Shown: positions 1 to 10,259, counted from the stretch's first letter. The stretch: 64,000 bases of DNA from an uncultured Opitutaceae bacterium (GCA_964605835.1 CAZSEH010000002.1:19773-83772), one strand, 5' to 3'. Notes: generated by a model from the letters alone, not told the origin. Program-made: numbers and translations.

Positions 1-2
1 TG

Positions 3-2984
3 ATCTACAGCATGATCGTGGCAGCCGACGGCAGCGTCTGGGCGGGTTCCGACGGATTTATGGTACATCTGCTGGACGGCAATTCCACCGTCTACTGCGC
101 CAAGGGTCAGAGCGAGGCCATGGAAAAGGCCCTGCCGGAAGCAACCGTTGTCGGCCTGCCCAAAAGATTCGCAATGAGCGACCTGGTCGAAGTGTACGAA
201 ACCCGGGATGGTATGGTCTGGTATGCGCTGTTGACGGGAGAGCTGGTCCGCTTCGACCCGCATCACCAAGGCCCTGAAGATTTTGCCGCCTGGCACATCT
301 TTACCAAGGCCGACGGCTACGTCCCGGGAACCGGGCAGCGGATCCTCTATCAAGGCAGCGATGGCCTGGTGTGGATCGGGAGCGGATCGCCCGAATCCAG
401 CATCAGCCGATTCGATCCCGCCAGGGGCTCATGGACGTATTTCAGCCTGACCGACATTCTCGGAGTGGATAATCTCGTTCGTTCAATCGCGGGGACCCGG
501 GACGGGACCATCTGGTTCGGCGGCCTGGCCCGGATCTCCCGCTACCAGGACGGGCGGTGGCAGTCCCAAACCGCGCCGGAACTGCCCCTGCCATCGTCCA
601 AGATCCTGCTCCATGAATCAAATGCGGGCGATCTCTGGCTGGTCGGGAGCGGCGACGAGGTGCAGAAGATAGACTACCGCCGGACCCGCTGGCTGAAATA
701 CGACGGGCTCAATTTCCAGTGCGAGACGCCCGACGGACGACAGTGGTTTGTGAGCGTCGACGATGGCGTGGTCTCCTTTGACGGGAAACATTGGCTTCGG
801 TATGGGGTGGAGGATGGTTTGATGGGCTCAGTCTATGCGCTGCTCTGCGCGCGCGGGGGGCGGCTTTGGGCCGCGGGCACCCACGAAGGGAAAGCCGCCA
901 CGGCGTGGCTGGCCGGGACAACCTGGAATCGCAAGACCCACGAGCGCGTCCGGCCGGAGTTCGGCTTCATGATCGACTATCGGGCCGCCTTTGAATCGGC
1001 GGACGGAAGTCTCTGGTTCGGCACCTACGTCAACGGCCGCAGCTATGCAGGAGACGATGGCGGAATCCTGCAATACGATCCCCGGTTGGGTCCGCCGCAG
1101 GACGATCGCGCGTGGCGGAATCGCGGCGGCCCGCTGCTGCTCGGCCGGTGCTCGAACGGCATCGCCCAAATGGCCGACGGCACGCTGTACTCGGGCTCGT
1201 TCCGGGGCCTGTCGTATTTCGACGGCGCCGCCTGGGTGCGCGCGACCGCCGTCCCGGACCCCTACAACGACGCCCTCTGCGCGTCGCGGGACGGAAAACT
1301 GTGGATTGGCACGCGCGGCTCGGGACTGGTGCTGCTCGACGGGAAGCAGGTGACACGGTTCACCACCAGTGACGGGCTGATATCCAACGCCGTCACCTCG
1401 CTGTTTTGCGACCGCGACAATCACCTGTGGGTGGGGACGAGCAAGGGCATCAGCTACTTCGACGGGAAGGAATGGACCACGGACGCATTCATCGACGCCA
1501 AGGTGGCGATCAACTTCGAGGGCGGCGGGTTCAAACAGGCCGCCGATGGCGCAATCTGGATCAACCAGTGTTCCCGCAGCTGGCTGCGCCGGGCGATACC
1601 CGGGAACAAAGTGAGTCCGGCGGCCGCCGAGGAATTCTCGACAATCCGCTATCTCCGGGAAACGGTTGCGCCCCGCGCGGAGATCACCACCTCGGTGGCG
1701 CGGGTGGCGCAGCCGGGCAACACCGTGATCGCCTGGCGGGGCATCTCCCCCTGGTGGCGCACCCGGGAGGATGATCTGCAGTATTCACACCGATTGGACG
1801 CCGGACCGTGGTCCAAGTTCGACGCGGATACCAGCCACGTGTTTCTGCAGCTGCCGCCGGGATCCCATCGAGTCGAGGTGCGGGTGCGGGATCGTGATTT
1901 GAACGTGGCGGGGACCCAGGTCGAGTTCGCCGTGCTGCCGCCGATTTGGCAACAGCCCTGGTTTGTCGGGTTGATGATCGTCCTGGGCGGTGCCGTGGCG
2001 ACCCAGACCACCCGGCTGTTCCTGCAACGGCGCCACCTGCGGAGGTCCAACCTGGCGTTGAACGAGGAGATCGGGCAGCGCGTGCGAATGGAGAGGGAGA
2101 TCGAGGCCACCCACCGGCGACTGCTGGTGGTTTCCCGCCAGGCGGGCATGGCGGAGATTGCCACGGGCGTCCTCCACAACGTTGGAAACGTGCTCAACAG
2201 CGTGAATGTCTCGGCCGACCTCGTCGCCAGCCGGATGCGCGAGAGCCAGGCCATCAAGATCGAGAAGCTTGCCGCCTTGTTCAATCAGCACACGACGGAC
2301 ATGGCCGAGTTTCTGACCAACGATTCCCGCGGCCGCATGATTCCGGCCTACGTCGACGCGCTGGCGGAAGCGGTCGCCGGGGAGCGGGAGACGGTGATAG
2401 CGGAACTGGCCGATCTCCGAAAGAACATCGCGCATATCGTGGACATCGTGGCCATGCAGCAGGCCTACGCCACCACCGCCGGCGTCACCGAAACGGTTGC
2501 GTTGACGGACCTGGTCGAGGATGCCCTCCGCGTCAACGCCGCGGCGCTGAGGCGGCACAACGTCGAAACGATCCGCGATTATCGGGTCAATCCGGTCGTC
2601 AGCACCGACAAGCACAAGGTTGTGCAGGTCCTCGTCAACCTCATCACCAACGCCAAGCACGCGTGCGGCGAAAACACCCGCACGGACAGGCAGGTCACCC
2701 TGCGCACCACGGGCGACGAGCGCTGCGTCAGGATTGCGGTCATCGACAACGGCATCGGCATTCCGCCCGAAAATCTCACCCGGATCTTCGGCCATGGCTT
2801 CACGACGAAAAAAGACGGCCATGGGTTCGGGCTGCACAACAGCGCCCTCGCGGCGAAGGAAATCGGCGGGGCGCTCAGCGTGCAAAGCGCCGGCTACGGC
2901 CACGGCGCCACGTTTGTTCTGGAACTGCCGCTGACGGGGAAGAAATCCCCCATGAAGCGTGAATCCGGCGGCGCCGTCGGCTGA
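3..2984 (+). CDS. Sensor histidine kinase with beta-propeller (two-component-regulator-propeller / Y_Y_Y-type) sensor domain; 5'-truncated by the window edge
   Basis: ORF 12..2984. The frame stays open back to nt 3, so the N-terminus lies upstream. Repeated 'DG.(L/V)W(I/F)G(T/S)..G' propeller blades. One TM (PWFVGLMIVLGGAVA). H-box 'GVLHNVGNVLNS', N box 'NLITNAKHA', G boxes 'DNGIGI' and 'GHGFGLH'. No receiver or HTH domain, and no adjacent response regulator. Confidence 0.85.
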   Translation: MYSMIVAADGSVWAGSDGFMVHLLDGNSTVYCAKGQSEAMEKALPEATVVGLPKRFAMSDLVEVYETRDGMVWYALLTGELVRFDPHHQGPEDFAAWHIFTKADGYVPGTGQRILYQGSDGLVWIGSGSPESSISRFDPARGSWTYFSLTDILGVDNLVRSIAGTRDGTIWFGGLARISRYQDGRWQSQTAPELPLPSSKILLHESNAGDLWLVGSGDEVQKIDYRRTRWLKYDGLNFQCETPDGRQWFVSVDDGVVSFDGKHWLRYGVEDGLMGSVYALLCARGGRLWAAGTHEGKAATAWLAGTTWNRKTHERVRPEFGFMIDYRAAFESADGSLWFGTYVNGRSYAGDDGGILQYDPRLGPPQDDRAWRNRGGPLLLGRCSNGIAQMADGTLYSGSFRGLSYFDGAAWVRATAVPDPYNDALCASRDGKLWIGTRGSGLVLLDGKQVTRFTTSDGLISNAVTSLFCDRDNHLWVGTSKGISYFDGKEWTTDAFIDAKVAINFEGGGFKQAADGAIWINQCSRSWLRRAIPGNKVSPAAAEEFSTIRYLRETVAPRAEITTSVARVAQPGNTVIAWRGISPWWRTREDDLQYSHRLDAGPWSKFDADTSHVFLQLPPGSHRVEVRVRDRDLNVAGTQVEFAVLPPIWQQPWFVGLMIVLGGAVATQTTRLFLQRRHLRRSNLALNEEIGQRVRMEREIEATHRRLLVVSRQAGMAEIATGVLHNVGNVLNSVNVSADLVASRMRESQAIKIEKLAALFNQHTTDMAEFLTNDSRGRMIPAYVDALAEAVAGERETVIAELADLRKNIAHIVDIVAMQQAYATTAGVTETVALTDLVEDALRVNAAALRRHNVETIRDYRVNPVVSTDKHKVVQVLVNLITNAKHACGENTRTDRQVTLRTTGDERCVRIAVIDNGIGIPPENLTRIFGHGFTTKKDGHGFGLHNSALAAKEIGGALSVQSAGYGHGATFVLELPLTGKKSPMKRESGGAVG

Positions 2985-3002
2985 CGGCCCTGGAAAGCAA
3001 AA

Positions 3003-3031
3003 ACGGCGGCCGCAAACCCTGCGGCCGCCGT
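3003..3031 (-). terminator. Rho-independent terminator between convergent genes (HK and TonB-dependent receptor)
   Basis: Perfect 12-bp GC-rich stem acggcggccgca / tgcggccgccgt with loop aaccc. On the minus strand it is followed directly by tttttgctttcc (plus-strand 2992-3002), so it best serves the minus-strand receptor gene. Confidence 0.6.
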
Positions 3032-3082
3032 CCACACTAAACCCCCCGATCCGAGGGCCGGACCGGGGATGAACCAAGGGGG

Positions 3083-6000
3083 CTAGAAGCTAAAGCGCGT
3101 TGTCAGGGACCACTGCCTCGGTGGGATGATGCGCCAGGTGTAGGGCGTTCCGTCCATGTTGAGCGCGATCGGCAGGATGTAGCCGTTCGAAGTCAGGTCC
3201 ACGCAGTTGAGCTGCACAGAGGCTCTTATCTTGCCGTTGTCCCACGGGAGCTTGAACGAGTAGGACAGCCACATATCGACGTGGAGCTGCGCCGGGGTGT
3301 AGATGGGCTTGGAGAGGTCGTTCGCGGCAACCTGGTACGTGGAATTCAGCAGGTTCGCCTGCGTGGCGCCATAGTAGCCCATGAGGGTCGGGCTCATCCA
3401 CCGGAGACCGCCCCCGACGCCAAGATTCTTGAGCGGCCCGCTCGTGACGTTATAGTTGGTAAGGAAGTTCCACGTGTATGGGGTCTCTTCCGGCACATTG
3501 CTGCCCTGCGCGGCCTCTTCGACCGCGATCGGGACTGTGACGACGCTATTGTAATATTGACCCACGCCCCCCGCACCGCCGTTGGGTCCCGATGTGGCAC
3601 TCCCGGAGTTGCCGCCGTAGCCGTAGGAGTTCCAGAAGTTGCCGAAGTAGGCGATCGCCGTCGTTCCGGCGCCCTTGAAGTTTGTGTATACGCCCTGATA
3701 CGCGGCGGGCGCGTTGGCCGTCGTCCAAACCGGCCTTCGGACGACCTCGTAGGCTTTTGCCTGCAGGTCGACCGCTGAGAGCTGGGCGCCCTGGTGGGAG
3801 CCTGTGAACTTCATCGTCCAGTTCGGCAGCGGGTTGTAGGTCAGCTCCAGATCGTATCCGCCGGAGGTATAGGTATTCGTGGCTTCCGGGTTGGAGTAGC
3901 CGCCGGTGACGGTGTTTCCCGAGCCAAGCTGGAGGTAGTTGGCATTCATCCCGGTCAGACCGGCCATTGTCTGAAACTGGGCCGTGCTCAGGGGGTAGAG
4001 CGTCTGATTGCCGAAATTCGTCGACGTTGGGTCTTCGCCGGATTGCAGCTCCACAATCGCCGCCGCCCAGTTCTTCATCTCATTTTGGTCGATGTACAGC
4101 TCCCGGTCGGTGATCGTCTGCGACACACCCGAGATGTTGTTCTGGTTGCTGCTCTTGAACCAGGTCATGCGCAGGAACAGCTTCTTGTCGGGCGTCGCTA
4201 TCTCCAGCCCGTAGTCCTTTTCCGTGCCCGCCGGCTTCCCGAGCGGCTGGCCGAGGAGGTCGGTGTAGGTGCCGGTCGGCGGATTGAAGTTGTCCGCCTT
4301 GTTGAACGTCATCGCGAGCGTGCGGAGAAAACCGGCCAGGATGTTTCCGTTGTTGGCCGCCGCGTCGATCCTGGACCAGTTTTCGAACGGCCTGATGACG
4401 AAGCCCTCGCTGTACGTGTTGCCGCCGACCTCGCCGAGGCTCTGCATCGCCAGTTGGTTGGTGCCCGGCTGGTACACGTTTGCGTACGAGGTGGGATTCC
4501 ACGGTCCCAGCATGTACTTGGTGGCGGGGTTGGGCACACCATTGATGAAGCTGACCAGGCCCGCATTATTGGTCGTGGCCGTCGGGACGCCGTTGATGAT
4601 GGCGTTATAGATGGTCGCGCCGGAACGATTCTTGACGATGTCGTCGTTGAGTCCGAGCGACCCGATGATGCGGTCGTTCCAGAAGAAGCTCTGCCAGTAG
4701 TAAGTCTTCTGGTCCTGGACGTTCTCGGTGATCTGATAGCCGTTGAATGCGGGGGAGGCCACGGTGAGTCCGCTGTTCACCCACTGGTTCGTGTAGTAGT
4801 TGTACGTCGTGATGTTGAAACTCGACGGCGAGCCGTATCCCGGAATGCCGGAGAGGGCCGGGCCCTGCGTGACGGCGTTGCTCCCGGGGGCGCTCATGTA
4901 TTCCCAGCGAACCGGGTTTCCGCCCGTCGTCACGTTCCAGTTCCCGGGGATCGCGGGTATGTTGTTCAGCTGGTACAGCTGCGATGTGTACGAGCCGTCG
5001 CCGCCGTTGATGACCGTGCGCAGGCGGATCGTCTGCTGGATGTCATCATGGGTGGAGGCTTCAGTCATGAACCGATGGTGCCCGAGCCATTGCAGCCATT
5101 TCGGAAGCTTGTCCCGGAGGTCCAATCCGTACGTCAGCATGCCGCGCCAGTTCTGATTGAGTTCCGGGTGAAAAAAGCCGTCGCCCTGGTAGTCGTAGAT
5201 AAAATTCGAGCCGGCGTACGGATTCGGCGCCCCGTTCATCAGGACGGAATTCGTGTCCACATAGAATGCGCCCTGGGCGGGCGTGCCGTTGCTGTGCTGA
5301 TTGTCCGGATCCATCTGCAGATCGTGGTATTCCTGCCGGAAGAAGCTGACGTCCAGATCCAGCTGACCCCACTTGGTGCTGGACAGGATGCTCTGCTGCA
5401 GGTCGGCGTGGTAGGTCCGCGCCTTCGATTTGGTGTAGTCCGTCGCGTCATAGTTCGGCCCGTTCTGGGAATTGTAGATGGCCTGGTTGACGACCTCGGG
5501 CTGGAAGTAGGTGGCGTACCCGCCGTTTGGCACCCCATTGACATAGGTTACCGGAGTGCCGGGCGTGAATACACCGGGGATGGGAAGCTGGGCGGAAGTG
5601 GTCAGAAACATCGACCGGACCAAGGCCTGGGAAGGCGTGAGCGGCGTCGTCGGCACCTGGGCGGGGATCAAGCCGCCGTAGTTCGACCCGATGGTCTGCT
5701 GCGGCTGATAACCCCAGAGGAATTGGCCGGACTGGCCGAACGCATACGTCGTATGGTTTGTGGCCGCGGATATGCCGGCCTGAAAGATGGGCGAGGTGAT
5801 GCTCGTCATAGCCCCGGTGCCCGTCGGCAGCCCCAGGGTCCATCCCGGGCTCGTCGTCGCACTGACATAGGGCCCCAGCACCTTCCCGGTGGCCAGATCG
5901 GTGATGTAGCCCGTGACCGGGTTGATCATCGGTTTGCCCGCGGCGATCCAAGGGGTGACCAGATCCTCGGGCAGAAGGGTGTTCTGGTCGTTGGCATAAT

Positions 6001-6922
6001 TGTTATAGAACTCGGCATAGGCCGTGATCTTCGTCTTGTGGGACTTGAAGGGGTCGATCGTGACCGTCGCATACTGCCGGCGCGTCAGGTCCGAGGAGGG
6101 CTTGCGCTGCATGCCCACGGAGTTGAACTCCTGGGCCAGATAAAGGGCGACATGGTCCCGAATCAGCGGGATGTTGATGTCGGCCGTCTCGCGGTATCCC
6201 CCGAAACTGCTGCCCTGCAGGCTTACGCTGCCGGCAAGCTTGTTGAGCTGGGCCTCGGCGCTGGTGGCGTTGACAATGCCGGCCGCCGAACCGGATCCGA
6301 ACATCAGGGAGTTCGGGCCGCGGTCGATCTCGATCGATTGCACATTGTAGGTGTCGAACGGAATCCGGTAAATGCCGTAGCCGTTGTCCACTTCGTTGTC
6401 GGGCGCCCCCAGTCCGTTGACCCGCGTGCTCAGCGTGTTGGGCCCGCCGATGCTCGCCTGGTTGTCGTTTGAGCCCGCCAGAGCATCGTCGACACGGGTG
6501 GATTCGGTGAAGCCGGTAAACGGCGTATATGTGTGCGAGCCCTGCGTGCCCGCCTCGTACATCATGATGTCATTGATGTTCTGCGCATTTGTGTTCTCGA
6601 GCTGCTGCTTGTCGATGACCGTGACCGCGGAGGGAATGTCGCCGATATTGTTGTTAAGCCGCGTGCCGCTGGTCGTATTCGGGGTGAAGTATCCCTTGGC
6701 TTGGTCGGCGTTGACCTCGAACGGGGTCAGTTTGACCGTATCGCCCGAGGATGCGGGAGCGGGGGTTGTCTCGACCGGGACCGGCTGCGGATTCACCGCC
6801 GCCGGCGTCTGGTCCGCCGGGGCGGGCGTCGGATTCGCAATCTGCGCGCAAACTGTGGCTGGGATCAGTGCAGCAACCAGGAGCGCGGCGGAGGCCGGCC
6901 AAAAGGCTGCGGAATCTTTCAT
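3083..6922 (-). CDS. Very large TonB-dependent outer-membrane receptor (about 1279 aa)
   Basis: ORF 3083..6979. I prefer the ATG at 6922, which gives signal peptide MKDSAAFWPASAALLVAALIPATVCAQ. Pro/Thr-rich linker, then plug region 'VKLTPFEVNADQAKGYF...TTSGTRLNNNIGDIPSAVTVIDKQQLE'. Long beta-rich body. C-terminal aromatic residue '...TTRFSF' is typical of OM beta-barrels. Confidence 0.85.
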   Translation of the reverse strand: MKDSAAFWPASAALLVAALIPATVCAQIANPTPAPADQTPAAVNPQPVPVETTPAPASSGDTVKLTPFEVNADQAKGYFTPNTTSGTRLNNNIGDIPSAVTVIDKQQLENTNAQNINDIMMYEAGTQGSHTYTPFTGFTESTRVDDALAGSNDNQASIGGPNTLSTRVNGLGAPDNEVDNGYGIYRIPFDTYNVQSIEIDRGPNSLMFGSGSAAGIVNATSAEAQLNKLAGSVSLQGSSFGGYRETADINIPLIRDHVALYLAQEFNSVGMQRKPSSDLTRRQYATVTIDPFKSHKTKITAYAEFYNNYANDQNTLLPEDLVTPWIAAGKPMINPVTGYITDLATGKVLGPYVSATTSPGWTLGLPTGTGAMTSITSPIFQAGISAATNHTTYAFGQSGQFLWGYQPQQTIGSNYGGLIPAQVPTTPLTPSQALVRSMFLTTSAQLPIPGVFTPGTPVTYVNGVPNGGYATYFQPEVVNQAIYNSQNGPNYDATDYTKSKARTYHADLQQSILSSTKWGQLDLDVSFFRQEYHDLQMDPDNQHSNGTPAQGAFYVDTNSVLMNGAPNPYAGSNFIYDYQGDGFFHPELNQNWRGMLTYGLDLRDKLPKWLQWLGHHRFMTEASTHDDIQQTIRLRTVINGGDGSYTSQLYQLNNIPAIPGNWNVTTGGNPVRWEYMSAPGSNAVTQGPALSGIPGYGSPSSFNITTYNYYTNQWVNSGLTVASPAFNGYQITENVQDQKTYYWQSFFWNDRIIGSLGLNDDIVKNRSGATIYNAIINGVPTATTNNAGLVSFINGVPNPATKYMLGPWNPTSYANVYQPGTNQLAMQSLGEVGGNTYSEGFVIRPFENWSRIDAAANNGNILAGFLRTLAMTFNKADNFNPPTGTYTDLLGQPLGKPAGTEKDYGLEIATPDKKLFLRMTWFKSSNQNNISGVSQTITDRELYIDQNEMKNWAAAIVELQSGEDPTSTNFGNQTLYPLSTAQFQTMAGLTGMNANYLQLGSGNTVTGGYSNPEATNTYTSGGYDLELTYNPLPNWTMKFTGSHQGAQLSAVDLQAKAYEVVRRPVWTTANAPAAYQGVYTNFKGAGTTAIAYFGNFWNSYGYGGNSGSATSGPNGGAGGVGQYYNSVVTVPIAVEEAAQGSNVPEETPYTWNFLTNYNVTSGPLKNLGVGGGLRWMSPTLMGYYGATQANLLNSTYQVAANDLSKPIYTPAQLHVDMWLSYSFKLPWDNGKIRASVQLNCVDLTSNGYILPIALNMDGTPYTWRIIPPRQWSLTTRFSF

Positions 6923-7126
6923 GCGTGATACACGGATTCTATGCATGGGGGATCGGTGTGTTGGAGTTAGTCTGGGCAAAAGGCGCGCGGAGCGGCCAAG
7001 ACAAGCAGCTTCGGGGACTGAGAATGTGGGGTAAGCAACTTGGCGGCATTAGCCGCCCTACAGCAGGGGGATTGCATTCCTAATGGACCTGCGCGCCGGA
7101 AACGCAAAGAAACTTGTTGCCGTACA

Positions 7127-7182
7127 GTTAGATTTTGATTTCGGCGCCAAGCACTTCAAAATATTTGTAATCAATATCTAAC
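7127..7182. promoter_or_regulatory. AT-rich 14-bp inverted repeat (13/14 match, 28-nt spacer) upstream of the receptor gene; candidate operator
   Basis: Plus strand GTTAGATTTTGATT (7127-7140) and AATCAATATCTAAC (7169-7182). The reverse complement of the right arm differs from the left arm at one position. It lies in an AT-rich patch in otherwise GC-rich DNA. Confidence 0.3.
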
Positions 7183-7217
7183 GTCATTCGCCCACGAGGT
7201 GGGTCAAGGGTAAGTCT

Positions 7218-7255
7218 AAAAAACTGCGGTCGAAGAGGACGCGTGCCAGCGACCG
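7218..7255 (-). terminator. Weak candidate terminator after the S1/P1-like nuclease gene
   Basis: Minus strand: cggtcg-(17 nt)-cgaccg, then cag, then tttttt. The stem is only 6 bp and the loop is large, so this is marginal. Confidence 0.3.
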
Positions 7256-7295
7256 GATCAGCAATTCAACTCTGACAATCCGCACCGGAACTCCT

Positions 7296-8327
7296 TCAAC
7301 CCGAACCTGCCCGCCTCTGAACCAGCGTCGACTGCAGGTAGGTATCCGGAGCCGCCTGCTGCCAGGCCGTGAGCCAGAGGGATCCCAGCATCTCGCCTGC
7401 GGCAATGAGGCGGCTGTCGATGAAGTCGCGGCCCTCGCGGCTGCCGGGGCCGCCATCCACGAGCCTATGGTCCTTCAAAAGCTGATACATCGGTTCCACC
7501 GTCTTCCGCGTGGCCAGAAGGAAGTCGACGATGCCGACGAACGCCGGATCGCGGCCGTCGGGCCGCGGCGCCATGTCCAGCGGCCGGGCCGGAACAATTT
7601 TGGGCGCCAGCTCGTCAACCGTGATGCCCGCCTTTGCGATGAAGGCGCCGTCTATCACCGCGTGAATGTCGTTTGTCGCGTAGTTGTTTGGATTCGGCCC
7701 CGTCCAGCCGCGATTGTGGACCGTCGTGTGCAGCGGCTGGGAACCGTCGCCGACGAAATGGCCCATGACGCCCATCACGTAGACCACGTTGGCCCGGGCG
7801 TCCGCGATTTCAGCCGCGGTCCCGTAGCGCTCATAGGCCTTCAGATAGGAGAACTGAACCTGGAGCTTGGCGTAGTATTCGGCTATCGCCCAGGGAAGGA
7901 AGCCCGGCAGCCCGAGCAAATGTTCCGGGTCCCCGGCCGGGCCGGAGGCGGGAAAGCGATCTGCGTGGGCTGCGCGGCCTTTCAGGAACTCCGCGGCGAA
8001 CTCGTATCGGAAGGGGGTGAGCGCGGAGACGTCGATCCCCGCCCATGCGATCTGATCGAGGTCGACAACATGATCCGGCGCGTTGTCGTGCTGGAGCAGC
8101 AGCTCGCGGGTCCGGCGCCAGCGGTCCGGTTCCTGGGAGAGAAAGACGATCCGCTCCGCGACCGCGGGCTCGCGCACCCATGGGGGAAAGTCGGCCGGCA
8201 GCGAGTCGATGGCGAGCCGGTTGATGATGCGGTGGCCCGGCTCGTACCAGGCTCGCGATGCCACGGGCGCCATCCCGAGGAGGAGGCAGACAACGCTGAC
8301 CAGACGCGCGCGACGGGGCATGTGCAT
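7296..8327 (-). CDS. Secreted S1/P1-type nuclease-like zinc hydrolase (S1-P1 nuclease / phospholipase C fold)
   Basis: ORF 7296..8498. Start moved to the ATG at 8327, giving signal peptide MHMPRRARLVSVVCLLLGMAPVASRA followed directly by 'WYEPGHRIINRLAI' (mature N-terminal Trp + His, as in S1/P1). Also 'HFVGDGSQPLHT' (H..GD..QPLH metal motif). Confidence 0.6.
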   Translation of the reverse strand: MHMPRRARLVSVVCLLLGMAPVASRAWYEPGHRIINRLAIDSLPADFPPWVREPAVAERIVFLSQEPDRWRRTRELLLQHDNAPDHVVDLDQIAWAGIDVSALTPFRYEFAAEFLKGRAAHADRFPASGPAGDPEHLLGLPGFLPWAIAEYYAKLQVQFSYLKAYERYGTAAEIADARANVVYVMGVMGHFVGDGSQPLHTTVHNRGWTGPNPNNYATNDIHAVIDGAFIAKAGITVDELAPKIVPARPLDMAPRPDGRDPAFVGIVDFLLATRKTVEPMYQLLKDHRLVDGGPGSREGRDFIDSRLIAAGEMLGSLWLTAWQQAAPDTYLQSTLVQRRAGSG

Positions 8328-8392
8328 GGACCCTGTTTTCGCGATTTTGGAATGGCCGTCAAATCGGCGTGCCGGCCGGCGGACTCCCCGCC

Positions 8393-10174
8393 CTACGGAT
8401 AGCGGTAGAGTGTCACCCGCAGGATCGTGCCGGGATGAAGCACCAAAATCTCGCCCTGCGCATCGTCGTCGCCTGCGAGTTGACGGGTGACTTCCCACTT
8501 TCCCTCGACAAACCTGCCTTCCTGGACGTCGCCGAGCCCGACATTGGACGGCCCGGGCGTGGTCGGCGCGAAGTCGACCCGCATGCCGCCTCCGCCGAAG
8601 TAATACTCGTCCGGACCGGTGGATATGAGGACTGCGCCGGCCTCGAGAGGCGGCAGCGGTTCCCCCGATGGCGTCGCCGGACCGTAGGATGGCGCCACCA
8701 CGCCCCCCCTTTCCTGCGGGGGAAGGCCCCGGATCCGGCCCGTATAGCGGAACGTCAGGGTGTAATTGCCCAGGCTGACCTGCTTTGGCGGTTCCCCCTG
8801 GACCATCCGCACCGCCGTCATGGTGCCTGTCCCCTGGTGCGCGAGAATCATCGGCGACATCTGGGAAAGCATCTGGTAGGCGGCTCCGAGGTCCGCCGGC
8901 ATCGGCCTTCCCCCGTCCACCCCGAACGGGGAGAAGCCGATGGCGTTGTACTTGCCGACCGCCATGATGACATTGGACGCATTGGTTCCCGTCTCCGGAA
9001 TGAAGAGGGGATTGCCGTTCCGGCTGAACCTTTCGCAGACCTCGTCGAAATACGGCAGGTAGAGGTCCGGCGCCAGGATGTCCACGTCCGGGGCCCCGGC
9101 GCGCCAGATGTCATGCACCTGGGGAAGGGGGCCGCCGCAGGGATACGTTCCCGGCCAGGCGTGATTTGGCTGCTGCAGCCAGGCGTTCACGTACATCGGA
9201 ATATCGTAGGCGGCCTTGCCCGCCTGGGCCACCTTCTCCACAAAGCGCGCGTAGTTCCACGCCATGAATATCTCGTCCGAGGCCCAGTGCAGCCGCCTCC
9301 AGCTGATCTCATGTTCATCGGCGCTCATCGGCGGGCTTTGCGTCTGGATCGGAATCTCAATATTCGCCGGTTTGCCGGGGCCGAAGACCTCTTCCCAGGT
9401 TCCGGATGCCTTGAACCCGTTCGCCGCCCAGACCTCGCGGAACTCGGGGATGAGGGCGTCCTTGTGACTCTGAAGGTAGCTCATCAGTTCGGCGGGCACC
9501 TGCCCGGCGAATGCGCGGTTCGCCGCCGGGGATCGGTCGCGCGAATCCCGCAGCACACCCACTTCATTCTCCACCTGCATCATGAGGACGGTGTGCTGGA
9601 CGCCGTCGACCTCTTTGACGTGCCGCATGAACGCTCCGAATGCGGCTGCGTCCGCATCCCGCGTGGCATCGCCCAGCGTGCTCAGCAGTTCGATGGGACC
9701 CGATATCGAGACAGTCCTGCCCTCTCCTATCTGGATGCGCGGAAAGCGGACATAATCCTTCTTCACCCAGTATGGCGCGTAACTGGACGTGCCGTTTTTC
9801 CAGGAGCCGAACCAGAGAAAAATGAGGTGAAGGTTGTTCTCCCTCGCCTTCGCGATCACCCCGTCCAGCTGGACGTAGTTGAATTTGCCCTCCTCGGGCT
9901 CGAACTGCGCCCAGGACATCGCGACGAGAACGGTGTTCAGGTTGCCGGAGACAATCTTCGGCCAGATGGGCTCCATCATGGGGAGGCTCGTCGCCGCGTC
10001 GCCGGTGAGTTCTCCGGCAAACGCCAGGTACGGCTTTCCATCCACCACGAGCTGGGTCGCGGCGCCCTGTTTCTGCAGGTGGGGCGCGCCGCCGGAGGTC
10101 TGCGCCCCCGCCGAAATCGACAGGGCGGTGATGCATGCGAGTGAACTTAACGCAGTGATTCCATTCATCTTCAT
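8393..10174 (-). CDS. Secreted glycoside hydrolase, GH35/GH42-like beta-galactosidase fold with DUF5597-type C-terminal region
   Basis: Signal peptide MKMNGITALSSLACITALSISAGAQ. N-terminal TIM-barrel signature 'LVVDGKPYLAFAGELTGDAATSL..MEPIWPKIVSGNLNTVLVAMSWAQFEPEEGKFNY...LHLIFLWFGSWKNGTSSYAPYWVKKD' matches this family as I remember it. The equally long plus-strand ORF 8369..10144 is an Arg/Gly/Pro-rich shadow. Confidence 0.7.
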   Translation of the reverse strand: MKMNGITALSSLACITALSISAGAQTSGGAPHLQKQGAATQLVVDGKPYLAFAGELTGDAATSLPMMEPIWPKIVSGNLNTVLVAMSWAQFEPEEGKFNYVQLDGVIAKARENNLHLIFLWFGSWKNGTSSYAPYWVKKDYVRFPRIQIGEGRTVSISGPIELLSTLGDATRDADAAAFGAFMRHVKEVDGVQHTVLMMQVENEVGVLRDSRDRSPAANRAFAGQVPAELMSYLQSHKDALIPEFREVWAANGFKASGTWEEVFGPGKPANIEIPIQTQSPPMSADEHEISWRRLHWASDEIFMAWNYARFVEKVAQAGKAAYDIPMYVNAWLQQPNHAWPGTYPCGGPLPQVHDIWRAGAPDVDILAPDLYLPYFDEVCERFSRNGNPLFIPETGTNASNVIMAVGKYNAIGFSPFGVDGGRPMPADLGAAYQMLSQMSPMILAHQGTGTMTAVRMVQGEPPKQVSLGNYTLTFRYTGRIRGLPPQERGGVVAPSYGPATPSGEPLPPLEAGAVLISTGPDEYYFGGGGMRVDFAPTTPGPSNVGLGDVQEGRFVEGKWEVTRQLAGDDDAQGEILVLHPGTILRVTLYRYP

Positions 10175-10259
10175 ATAGGATCCCGGGGTAATGCCTTGGG
10201 GAGGGGAGCCATCATGGGGTGGCAGCTGGATGGGCTCTCATGTCATATAACGCGAGGCC

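Noticed and set aside
6923-7120. Cobalamin or other riboswitch in the long leader of the TonB-dependent receptor.
   Set aside because: I could not find a B12-box-like core or any other riboswitch consensus I recognise. Only generic hairpins are present. An Infernal/Rfam scan is needed before anything is claimed.
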